Below, piece by piece: positions 1-11,295 of a stretch of 64,000 nt of DNA; positions within the stretch are counted from its first letter, which is position 1; the number at the start of each line of letters is the position of its first letter. The DNA lies in contig OZ249450.1 of assembly GCA_965235115.1 (NCBI GenBank), forward strand, positions 4,464,001-4,528,000. Reading direction: 5' to 3'. Position numbers and translations under genes: made by a program. The notes under the pieces were generated by a model. The model was not told the DNA's origin, did not search any database, and saw only the letters and a program-made list of their open reading frames with translations. Source of the stretch: Laetmonice hystrix (lineage: Eukaryota).

Positions 1-288
1 CAAATAGTATAAGTGGTAGAAAATAGCTTAACTCTTAGAGAAAATATACTTTTAGGAATAAAAAACAAGTTTGGTTTGTTGTGCTGTAATACAAAAAAGT
101 GTGTGAGGTGACACAATTCCCCCCTTTCTCTGATTAATTATTGAAAATACAATGTAGTTCAATTTTGAGAGCAGCCAAGGCCGACAACAACAAACAAAAT
201 TCCCGGTTTCTGGTCCGCGCGCGTGTCACTTAACGCCGCGCATCAGTGCTTTTTTTTTGCCCTAACATGAATGAGGGTGTAAATTGTG

Positions 289-302
289 CTGCCACCTAGC
301 GG
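289..302 (-). promoter_or_regulatory. CTCF-like motif
   Basis: Minus strand reads CCGCTAGGTGGCAG, fitting the CTCF core CCRSYAGRKGGCRS. It lies about 60 bp from a CpG-rich patch at 214-241. Motif match only. Confidence 0.25.
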
Positions 303-772
303 TAAGGCTTGAAACTAACCACTGTAATGGATATTTCATTAACACTGCAACAGAAGTGTGTTGTATGCAAACCGATGACAGCAAAGGTCATGGTCCTTGT
401 TTATGAGTTCATTTTACATGATAATTCTTATGTGGCTTACCATTTTAACCAGCTGTCACCTAAAAAGAAATCTTTAAAAAAAAAATCAAACACGCGGCAC
501 CACACCATTTTTGAAATGTTCTTCAGACCAAAAACCGGGATTTTTCCTAAACACTACCACACATCAAAGAACCGCAAGCAAGGTTCTGCCTTAGTCTTAC
601 ACTGCAGACCACAATATTAATATAAAGCAGGTGGGGTTTCTCAAGAAAAGGAAAAAGGCTTGGGTAGGTGACGCACGCGTGGACAAGAAATAAAACTTTT
701 GTCTCAACCTAAAGTTGAGATCTGAAACTGAGACCATGATGTATGTACAAAATATAATGGCATCAACGTGTG

Positions 773-1380
773 GTGGATTCAGTGGAGGTCTGAAATCACA
801 CCCAGTGGATTCAGTGGAGGTCTGAAATCACACCCAGTGGATTCAGTGGAGGTCTGAAATCACACCCAGTGGATTCAGTGGAGGTCTGAAATCACACCCA
901 GTGGATTCAGTGGAGGTCTGAAATCACACCCAGTGGATTCAGTGGAGGTCTGAAATCACACCCAGTGGATTCAGTGGAGGTCTGAAATCGCACCCAGTGG
1001 ATTCAGTGGAGGTCTGAAATCACACCTAGTGGATTCAGTGGAGGTCTGAGATCGCACCCAGTGGATTCAGTGGAGGTCTGAAATCGCACCCAGTGGATTC
1101 AGTGGAGGTCTGAAATCACACCTAGTGGATTCAGTGGAGGTCTGAAATCACGCCCAGTGGATTCAGTGGAGGTCTGAAATCACGCCCAGTGGATTCAGTG
1201 GAGGTCTGAAATCGCACCCAGTGGATTCAGTGGAGGTCTGAAATCGCACCCAGTGGATTCAGTGGAGGTCTGAAATCGCACCCAGTGGATTCAGTGGAGG
1301 TCTGAAATCGCACCCAGTGGATTCAGGGGAGGTCTGAAATCACACCCAGTGGATTCAGTGGATTTCTAAAATCACACCCA
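773..1380. repeat. Minisatellite, 32-bp unit x19
   Basis: Unit GTGGATTCAGTGGAGGTCTGAAATCACACCCA. Copies start at 773, 805 and so on; near-identical with a few substitutions. Confidence 0.97.
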
Positions 1381-1383
1381 GAC

Positions 1384-1455
1384 CTGCATTTCAGAGGGAC
1401 TTGGATTGCTGTCACACCGGCATCAACATCACCATTGGTTTGGTGCACGTTTGTA
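1384..1455 (-). CDS. Candidate internal exon (72 nt, phase 2/2), unknown protein
   Basis: ctgtag|...TGCAG|gtctgg. The only open frame is TNVHQTNGDVDAGVTAIQVPLKC. No recognisable homology. Confidence 0.3.
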
Positions 1456-2049
1456 CTACAGACTTTAAAACTGACTGTGAAGATTAACCCGATGGGACAT
1501 CGTACAAAATGTTAATATATTACATGCGCATTTACTGTGTGAAAGGGTATTGACTCCCCTATACGTACTACATGTATAGACATGTTGGATGTTGATATAA
1601 TGTCGTCTATGAGTGAGTAATGGCCCTGGTGACAGTCGCCTCACTTTGTCATGCTGGCTTAAGGCCGGTTAAAATTAATTTCTTGTTTTACATGACCACC
1701 CGCCTCGATTTTTTTAAATATTTTATATTTTTCAAAAGCCACTTTTTTACCTCAAAACAAAGAGGAAGCTGCACCATAAGCAGAGCATGCGGGCGCACCA
1801 CCTTCCGTCTATTATAAGCCCAAGCCAGTTATCATGCTCCTGGCAACACTAAAAAACACAAGACAGATTAAACATGCATGTTCAAATACGAAGATATCTT
1901 TCTTCAATTGTTGTGCTGTGGAAGGCAAATATGAAATATGAAATATCACCATAATCCCCAATATTTCACGCGAAAAAATATTAAATATAAAATACTCTCC
2001 CCCAAATATTTTCAAAAAAGAGTCATGTAAAACAAGAAATTAATTTTAA

Positions 2050-4500
2050 CTGGCCTAAACAGGACTTGTCAGTTTTGACAAGTGTAGTCCGACACCAATA
2101 GAGTGTGAATCATAGATCGAGAGGTTATGATTGTATTCAGTCAATAAGACCGCTTGGATGGTATTTCTGGGTGAAAGAAACTTCTGTCTGATAGAATGAC
2201 AATAGATTTCTCTTCAGTTCTGACAATTTTCCATTCGCTTGCCACTGAGTACAGGCTATGATGACTCATGACCAACAATGGGCTGTTGTGGGTAGCTATA
2301 ATAATTCCCGCTTAAAAAATACTTAAATAGTACTTGAAAGTGTTCTTCCTCTAACGGTGTATTTTTCTTAAGTTAAGAGCATCTTTAGAAAGGTTATTCT
2401 AGATCATGATAAGGAAAGCCACACGAAGAGATGAACCAGCACTGAGGTGTGGATAGCATGCTTGGAGGAGCATATCGTGTGGTGAGAGTTTAATTATGTG
2501 TTGTCTTTTCCCATTCCATGACCCTAGAAGAGAATGCATTGCTGTCAAAGCTAACAGATCATCAAGTGGCGCACCCTAGCGGAGAAACCTGGTGGGCTAA
2601 GGACATTGTACCGGGATGAGAAATTGTTTGTCTTTTCGACTGTTGATCGTAATAGATGGGTCGCCTTGGGGTAATATAAGCGTGTCACTGCGAGAGACTA
2701 TAATTTTCTCTGCCTTCACTGAGCAAGGTTAATAACTAAGTAGCCCTAGATATAAAAGAAGGATCTACCAAGTCTGAACCAGGAGTATCGTAGTATCCTT
2801 TCAGCAGCAGGTGTCCCTTCGGTTGATGGTGACCTGTATGTTATAGATAAAACTAGCTCCGTGGTCCATTAAAAAAAATCCAGTAGATAAAACTCACTCC
2901 GTGGTCCATTAAAAAACAGTGGCAATCGGAGGGGGGGCAGGAGGACCCCCCCCCCCCCCGCCCTTGGCGTGCTCATGAAGCTGTCTGAATTGACCATGTT
3001 GGACCCCCCCCTTTAAACAAATTCCGGATGCACCTTTGATAAACCAGTGACTTCGGTATTCTTTCCGTACATTTAGCCCTGCTGGAGTGTCATGGACCTT
3101 ACGTAGGCGTCCCAGCCAGAGGCGCGGGTAAGATCCCATGATATGTTAACTGAGGGCGCCTCCTGCCCAGGTCATGGAGGGACGTGATGATTTTACGTCA
3201 CCATTTTTATGTAGAGCAGGGGATGGGGGAGGTTGTCGAAGTAGGGTGTCTAGGGGCTTGTATGAGCTCATTATTTACATTATAAGGAGATTTTAAGCTC
3301 TTGCAACAACAACTGTAAATCTTTTAGAGATGAAAGCACCTTTGTGCCAGGATAATTATTTAAGATTTTCCGTGGCTTTCAGCAAGGGGGCGGTTACCCC
3401 TTGCTGTGTACGTCCCTGTTCACTGTATTGTCGTCACCCCGTTAGGCACAGACATCTTCACACACACACAGGTCGTCGATTATCACGATCAACTCTACAA
3501 CTCTATTAGTATCCCGTGTCGCTTTAGAAATGCTATCTGCCGCCGAGTGATCTTTGTTACAGGTTTGTATTGACAGTAACCTGAGATTAATTAGGCTGCA
3601 CCTAGTGACCTATATTGTAGTTTGCCATCAGCCTCAGGTATTGAGACCGTTACGCTAAGGTTATTGTTTGAGCAGCGTTGTTGTAACATTGGTGAGATTT
3701 TAATAGCTGTCCATGGAGGGGATAGAGTGGCATAGTCATGTCTGAAAATGTCTCGACGTTGATTCATCGAGTCCTTTAACCGAACCGTTCTGTGAAGGGA
3801 AATTTGAGACGCAAAAGGGGGGGGGGTATATAGCCCCCTGGGTGCTGTTTCCGAGGGCAGGGTTGGTCACCCAGATCAGAGATGTCAACACTTGAGAGGA
3901 GCACGTTATAAAAATACACCCCTGATTGTCAAACCAATTTCTGTTAACTAGAATCTCATTGTGTCCTGCTGTCACCTTCAAACCTTTCACGGTTATTGTT
4001 GCGGAGACAGGGATGGAACATCGGGGCCCCCTTTGGCGCCAATTTATACCCCCCCCCCCTATTTTTTTTCTTCTTTGCTTCATGATGGAATCCCTCCTTA
4101 GCTCAGCTGGAAACTTGTCACGTATAGGTCCCACAGGGTGGTGGTTTGAATCGCTCCTGTGTTCATCGTGTAACCTTTGTTAGGGGCAGTGAAACATGGA
4201 GGATTTGTTCTCGTCTTCTGTTCACTAGTACGGAGCAGGGAAACATAAGCTCGAGGCTGTCTTGTTGAAAAGTCATGAGTAATTAGTTATAGGAGTGTTG
4301 GTAGGGAGGCAGCATTATAAAACGACGCCAACCATGATTGTTCACAAGGTTACCATGCATGAATTCAGTTTATATAAAGCTCCTTGTATAGTTCAGTATT
4401 AACTCTTTCTGCCAGCATCAAGTAATAGAGAGTGTAAGATAGGTATGTGTGTTTTTGTTCCGCTGTTCTCCTACGATATATTGGTCGGCTGCTGTGTCTT
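2050..4500 (-). mobile_element. Heavily decayed LINE ORF2 (endonuclease plus start of RT), I/Nimb/Jockey-like
   Basis: Degenerate motifs occur in the expected order on the minus strand: HGGVA-like (4318-4336), SIYLPPN-like (4179-4200), VDIS..C and DESTSRHF resembling DLxGSDHF (ORF 3736-4134), then IMxxNLSKDAL / GIII and a KYQSG-like stretch (2149-2166). Many stops, frameshifts and insertions; matched by eye. Confidence 0.45.
2844..2915. repeat. Local 40-bp tandem duplication
   Basis: TAGATAAAACTAGCTCCGTGGTCCATTAAAAAA at 2844 and a near copy at 2884. Confidence 0.8.
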
Positions 4501-6542
4501 ATTAAAATCCCATCGTAGATACATAGTGCGTGTTCAAAGAAACGCTCTGTAGTTATCTATGTTCGACATGGAAAACATTGTTTTTTTATCGACGTGGGAG
4601 AGCGTGACGTTTTACGGGTCGCTACCATAACTACGGGGTGCTACTATGACAACGGGGCACTGGGATTAGCCGGGAGGCATCCTGGGGCGCTGGGGTGACA
4701 TGAATCTACACTGACATGACGGGAAGGACATGGAAACATCTCTCGACTGGTTTCGGCATGGGCCGTGAGTCGTGGATGTGACTCAGTGAGTCGAGCATGT
4801 AACCTTTCAACCTAAAGTTCCGGGGATTGTCGCAATTAGGGAACACGGAATCGTTGATTGAGCGGACTGGGAACCATTATCTTCCTGCACAGAAGTGGGG
4901 AGTGTTATCCGGTGGTGCTGTTCCTCTGATCAAGACTTCATAATACAATATAAGTGAATTTATATGGGTTGACCTCATGTGCTCCTGGAGGGCGGCCCTA
5001 TGATCTGACCCCAGAGTGATTTCCTCCAGTAACGGTCCTGGCGATGGCTGAGTATCTCCCCGTCAGAATGGGGAATAAATTGGGGGCTTTGGCGACATTG
5101 CCTTAGATGCTAGCGTGATGTTAGCGTCTTCAGAATAATCATGATTTAATATTTCAAGAAAATGCTCCCATTACAATTTGACCAAACGTTAAGGGGCTAC
5201 AAGGCATTATTGACAATGCTAGACTACAATCGATGAATTGTGTAGCACTGGTATACATGGGAGTTTGTCTGCTGTGTGGCATCTCCTCCAAGCCAGCGAG
5301 AGGCGCCATCAGTGGCGCTTCTACGTCACACCAACGTCCCGGATAAAGGGAAACCCCCCGTTGCCTGCATGTGTTTACGGTACTCTTGTAAGAACCGGTA
5401 CATGTCTGCTGGTACAAGCGTCGGTGTCTGCTGGTACAAGCGTCGTCAGTGTCAGGGTTCCAGCAGAACGGCTGAGGGTGCCATATTAAACAAGGGTAAC
5501 CGCTATCACCCTGTTGGGGCGTGTCACCTCGGATCGCTCCGGCCACGACCTGGGCACAGCGCGGACACCGGCACCTCCTCCACCCCTGCCCGGTAAGTGC
5601 TGCAGTTGTCTATCGGCAGACCGCAATACGCAGGCCTCTCCTGCACCTTCTTCAGCCGCTGCAAACCGATGGCGATGACCTTAGCCGAGTGCGAACCAAA
5701 AGCATTGTTTCCAGCGTGGTCGGAGGCCAGTCCGCCAGTCTGGAAGGTAATCATGTCTGTTCAGTCGGCCATTCCTTCCTGGTAGCCAGCCCTAGAGGGT
5801 GAATAGGAGAGGATAGTGGGGTGAGGGAGGCAGGGAGGGTGGGGGTAAGATTGTCCTTGGAGCGCCCGTCACCTGGCGCCTCCTCAATCGATGCCATCAC
5901 TATATATTAGCGTCACCGGCACAAGGTGACCACTAACCGTTAACATGGCCGCGACTATCCGGCATGTTTTGCGCCTCATTGTACATAAGTGTCCAACGTA
6001 CCGAGTGCCAGACCCTGGGGAGCACACTGACATACTGACACAGGCGTGTGAGGATCTGGTCGGAGTAATACCTGAATGAGACATACAACACCATGGCGAC
6101 ATCATTATGTAAATATACTTCATCATGATGGATCGAGATATACGAACACGGTTTGTACTCACACCTATACGTGTTTGTGTATGCGCGACCCGCTCCCATC
6201 ATGTGGCACTATTGGTATTGATCAAATCAAAAATCATATGCCATTCAGCTGCCAAAAAGTAGTGCAGGGCTAGGTGCGTATACATATTATACACAAGGCA
6301 GTAAAAATATCGGTATCAAAATAGGACCGACTAAATGAGCATAAAAATGAAAGCGGGGGATCAATTCTAATGACCCTCTTGCAGTACATGGCAAACAAAT
6401 TGCAGAAAGCGTGAAATGTTATTCCATTTCTCCAAACGAGAGCATTTATTTGGTCTCCAATCTAAACGTAATAGCGTGCATACTCCCTGAAGAAAGAAAG
6501 CCAGCAGAGCCAAGCACTCTACCGATGAAGAACATACCTGTA

Positions 6543-6700
6543 CAGGGGCGTAGACAAGGGGGGGGCTTGGGGGGCTTCAGCCCCCCAGATTTTTAAGGGT
6601 GGCCTATAATAACCTATAACCTTTGTGCCCCAGGTTGTTTCTAGCACACTCTTCAGCCCCCCCAGATTTTACCATTTCACGGCACTTGTCTACGCCCCTG
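6543..6700. mobile_element. 158-bp MITE (non-autonomous TIR DNA transposon) with 5-bp TSD
   Basis: Perfect 16-bp TIRs CAGGGGCGTAGACAAG / CTTGTCTACGCCCCTG, flanked by CTGTA at 6538-6542 and 6701-6705. Internal repeat CTTCAGCCCCCC(C)AGATTTT. Confidence 0.82.
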
Positions 6701-7373
6701 CTGTACATGTACAAGCAGCACTAAATCTTTACTGTGTATTGTAGGGAGTCAGAACAACTATAACATTATGGCTTGGAGTACACGAAGCAGGAACAGTAGT
6801 CTGTGCAGTTCGTTCTGTGACTGACTTATTGTTATAATTCTTTATAATTGGTTGTGGATATAAACATGGCTTGTTACATGCTATAGCATGTAGTATGTTA
6901 TGTAGCCGACATGTCTGTGTATTCAGGCATACCTTCGGTCATGCATGTAGTTTGCGTGTTATATTTGGTGAAGTTGCTCAGGATACACCCTTTATGTACC
7001 CCCGGGCATATATCGAGGTGTATGTATGAGAAATGCAGCGTTGACAATTTAAAAAATTGGATCCTATGTCGCTATGTTAGACATAAACCAAGCACCTGTC
7101 TTTGCCAGGTATTAAAGCGTCTCGTCCTTTAGCATTGTGCAATAGGCTTCCAGTTCCTATGCTGCAGTATAGGAACTGACGTCTATAAATAGCACAACGA
7201 CCGTTAGGATGGAAGCCTATCGCACAATGCTGAAGGACGAGACTGTCGCTTTAAATCAAGTGCAGGTATAGATCTATGGTTAGCCAAAAACGGACTGAAA
7301 GCTATACAAAGAGAGCCCCCGCTTTGTCGCTTCCTCATGTCTGCACTGCCCGGTCCCGAATGTGGTAAGAATT

Positions 7374-7507
7374 CCACAGAAGGTGGTATGAATACCACAT
7401 AAGGTGGTATAGATACCACACAAGGTGGTATAAACACCACATAAGGTGGTATGAACACCACACAAGGTGGTATGAACACCACAGAAGGTGGTATGAATAC
7501 CACAGAA
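7374..7507. repeat. Minisatellite, 21-bp near-palindromic unit x~6
   Basis: Unit CCACAGAAGGTGGTATGAATA, containing GTGGTA-TGAA-TACCAC across unit junctions. Confidence 0.9.
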
Positions 7508-7977
7508 AAGAGGATTGCCTCTCGTATCGACGACTGGTTGAAACCTCTCAGTGAGCCGGTGTATGTTAGTAATAACATCACGTGTCTGCCCCCACAATGG
7601 TGGTTTTAGATGAAAGGAATCGAGACCGTTAAGGCTCATGTGTGTAAAACTACAATTAAACTTTGGGAGCTTCTTCCTCCTCCAACATAAAACTTATTTG
7701 TAAGTGGAGTTTTTATGGTGTATGTGGGAGGGGTATCCGATTCAGGATGGGCCAGTGACAATAAGCGTAGCTTGGTTATATATTGGTATCTTAGAAAAGT
7801 AGATCTTTAAAAAAAAAAAGTTATGCCAAAGTGCCGCACGAGTGATAATTGTAGCCTATATTCTCCATGCTATAAGAACAGGGGAGAAAAAGGTGCTCTG
7901 CTTTGTTTCGTCAACCATCTGAGATGTTTACGTATAGTCAATAGAAAGTCATTGTTCCGTGTCGTCGACGTCTGTCA

Positions 7978-8768
7978 AGTGAGTCTATCGTTGGGACACA
8001 TGAGTTACCACAGCACCAGGGCAGACCACCTTGATATCTTGTTGTACAGTTCACGTAGTGAGTCTATCACTGGGACACATGAGTTACCACAGCACCATGG
8101 CAGACCGCCTTGATATCTTGTTGTACAGTTCACGTAGTGAGTCTATCGTTGTGACACATGAGTTACCACAGCACCAGGGCAGACCGCCTTGATATCTTGT
8201 TGTACAGTTCACGTAGTGAGTCTATCACTGGGACACATGAGTTACACCAGCACCAGGGCAGACCGCCTTGATATCTTGTTGTACAGTTCACGTAGTGAGT
8301 CTATCGTTGGGATACATGAGTTACCACAGCACCAGGGCAGACCGCCTTGATATCTTGTTGTACAGTTCACGTAGTGAGTCTATCGTTAGGACACATGAGT
8401 TACCACAGCACCAGGGCAGACCACCTTGATATCTTGTTGTACAGTTCACGTAGTGAGTCTATCACTGGGACACATGAGTTACCACAGCACCAGGGCAGAC
8501 CGCCTTGATATCTTGTTGTACAGTTCACGTAGTGAGTCTATCACTGGGACACATGAGTTACCACAGCACCAGGGCAGACCGCCTTGATATCTTGTTGTAC
8601 AGTTCACGTAGTGAGTCTATCACTGGGACACATGAGTTACCACAGCACCAGGGCAGACCGCCTTGATATCTTGTTGTACAGTTCACGTAGTGAGTCTATC
8701 ACTGGGACACATGAGTTACCACAGCACCAGGGCAGACCGCCTTGATATCTTGTTGTACAGTTCACGTA
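7978..8768. repeat. Minisatellite, 79-bp unit x10
   Basis: Unit AGTGAGTCTATCACTGGGACACATGAGTTACCACAGCACCAGGGCAGACCGCCTTGATATCTTGTTGTACAGTTCACGT; 791 bp in total. Confidence 0.97.
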
Positions 8769-8800
8769 CGACTGGGGCCAGCGAGGAAGCTGACGAGGCC
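8720..8800 (-). CDS. Candidate internal exon (81 nt, symmetric) overlapping the last copy of the 79-bp array
   Basis: cctgcag|...GCTGTG|gtaact. Two frames are open (ASSASSLAPVVRELYNKISRRSALVL or PRQLPRWPQSYVNCTTRYQGGLPWCC). No homology recognised. Confidence 0.3.
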
Positions 8801-11295
8801 CTGCAGGCTAGACCACTGTTAATTGTAGTTGTTAAGTGATTTCCTCTAATTGCTAAAGGCAGGGGGTTAGGATGTTTGCAAGGCTGTCTGTCGGTATGAA
8901 TTTTTGTTAATGAATTTTTGTCATGTCCTAGTTATTTGGGGAAGTGTGCTCGCTCTGTAATGGGTCCAACTGATTGGGCAGAATGTTGATACGTTTATTG
9001 AGGGCATCAAGCGGGTGTACAGCGCTGCAGGACATTGCTTTAAATTTCAGTAAGAATGAATTCGTGAACTATGAGGTCGGAAAAAATTATCAAATAAACG
9101 TAAATAATAACCAATTTATTTTCCGTCCCACGGATCCTCGTGTCAAAAAAGGTTGTTTTTCAACGGTTCTCACCAGAGTATAAACCTAATATTGGAAATC
9201 AATGGTTAAAGTAGAATATTAACAAATGTCCATAAATAATGTGTTACATATAATGGTAACTAAACTGTACTATTTAATTATTGGTTTATAACTTATACTG
9301 TATCAATATATATTCATTCTATAACTGTGAGGACTATTATATGGGCTAACAGTCAGTCTATTTCAAGCTGTTTGGCAGTGGACTCAGGAAAGAGTGCTGG
9401 AGTTTGGAATTTCCATATTGGTTTGCATATGGTTTCATGGCGGAAAGCGGTGAAGCCATTGTCAATACAGCCACAAGGGGGTGGTGCGATCGCGCTCACT
9501 GCATCATCGATCGGCTGGCCCCAGTGCCATCACGTCGCTGCTTTGTGGCTCGCCGCACATGTCCCCGCCTTGCTAATTGTGGATATTCAACTCGAAAAGC
9601 TGGATATAAAAAGGCAATTGCAAACGACCAGAATGAAGTGGTCATATACTGTGTAATGTCTGACTCCATACAAGCAGTTCGAGGTAGAGGTGATGAATTA
9701 TAGGGATTACGAGTGTTGAATTGCCAGTTCTATTCAATGGGTGAACAATTGAATAAGATGAATGATCAGCGAACACGGAAAGATATATAGAAGAAGAGAA
9801 AATAAATATTTACAAGGGGAAAATAATAATTTTCAGGATTGCGAGAAATTAAGCTGGTTTCGAATGAAAATCCAGGATAGGACCTTTCGTGCTCCATGTA
9901 TTCCCATACAGTATAGTTTAGAAATCAATAAGCTGGTCTATATATGAGGACTGGGGCCCACATGAAGAAGCTGCCATGTTAATGAATGATAATGCCCCAT
10001 CACTGAGAACTGAATAGGGAGAAGTTTTCTCTATTGAGACCACAGACTCCTTACATGGGCGCGTAGTGATCCGCAATGACGCGGATCTATATCCGTCGAT
10101 GGTGTCACCGCAGGAGTACCTGCTTTCTGATTGGCCATTACTGCATACCGCTCGCCGCTGCTGCCAGACGCCTCTGCTGCTGATGGCATTTAACCAGCAA
10201 TTGGTTGAAACCGCCGGCGGACAGTAACTGGCCCGCTGTTTTTCTTCCTCATTTACCAACCTCTGGCGATCCCAGCTAGCAAAGGACGTTTTAGAAATGT
10301 TATAAAGGATGACTAACACGTTTTTGTAACGTTTTGTCTGAGCCGGGGAGTTCGAGACGCGCCAGTTGGTGTTCTGTTAAGTCCCATAGACGGTATGACC
10401 TTTGAACTGTCCCAGAAAAGAGAGCGATTACAGAAGGAACGGCTGTGGTGGTTCGGTTGTAAAGATCACCGATTTCCGTCTTCGCTATTGTGCCCTTTGA
10501 GTCTTGTTTATCACGTGGAAGTATCACACAAGGCATGCGCGCGTGGGAGGGGGAATGAGAGAAAAATATTATCGTGAAATGTCAGACCGACCGACTTCCT
10601 ACACAGAGGTTTATGCAAAAAACATCTTTAAATAATTCATGAAACAAGTTCAGAAAAAGGTGTTTGTAAAAGGAGTACGAGTACATAGTTTTGTTAAGGT
10701 GGGATGGGAACTCGAGTAGGGACTCTTGTAGCAGTTTTTGTGTTCATTCAAGGCGGTTAGATAAATTATCACAAGCCTTTATATTCATTAGGTTTTCCAC
10801 GTATATATACTTACCTATGTTGATCTGAGGGATACATAAGTCTCTCAATTCGGGATGAGCTTACGTGAGAGATTTTGTATTTATTTTCTTTCATGATGTG
10901 GAATACATTATGTAGGCCTATTTCCCCTTCCTTTGCATGGGTAGATTAAGTCGGTTTTAATTAAACTTCTTAACCAGTACGCACGACACTGTCTTTAATT
11001 ATTAAGATTCTAAATGAATATATTTTTATAACATTAAATTCAAGGGGACATAATCACTTTCGGCTCCTGCCCCCCTTGGGACCGTGCGTCTGGACACTGA
11101 CTGAATCGTACAGAAAGGACGTCGATCCCGGCAATGTTCAATCAAAGGAAAGACCAGCAGGATTCTAGTAACTTAGCACGTTCGGCTCGGGCAGTATACG
11201 CCAAGCTTAACGATCGGCAGATAGCCCCTGGAGGTAATCAGTCGGTCGGCATTTAACATCGTGAAAACCTGTGGAGAATAAGAATAATTTACGGC

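Noticed and set aside
2200-2700. Plus-strand DIRS-like RT/RNase H reading (PFGLAT-, MAVVGSY-, GWGA-like fragments)
   Set aside because: It needs several gaps, and the minus-strand LINE reading explains more motifs in collinear order.
10435-10485. GSVVKITDFRL resembling the kinase VKIxDFG motif
   Set aside because: The DFG glycine is absent, the frame is full of stops, and no other kinase subdomains or splice sites are present.
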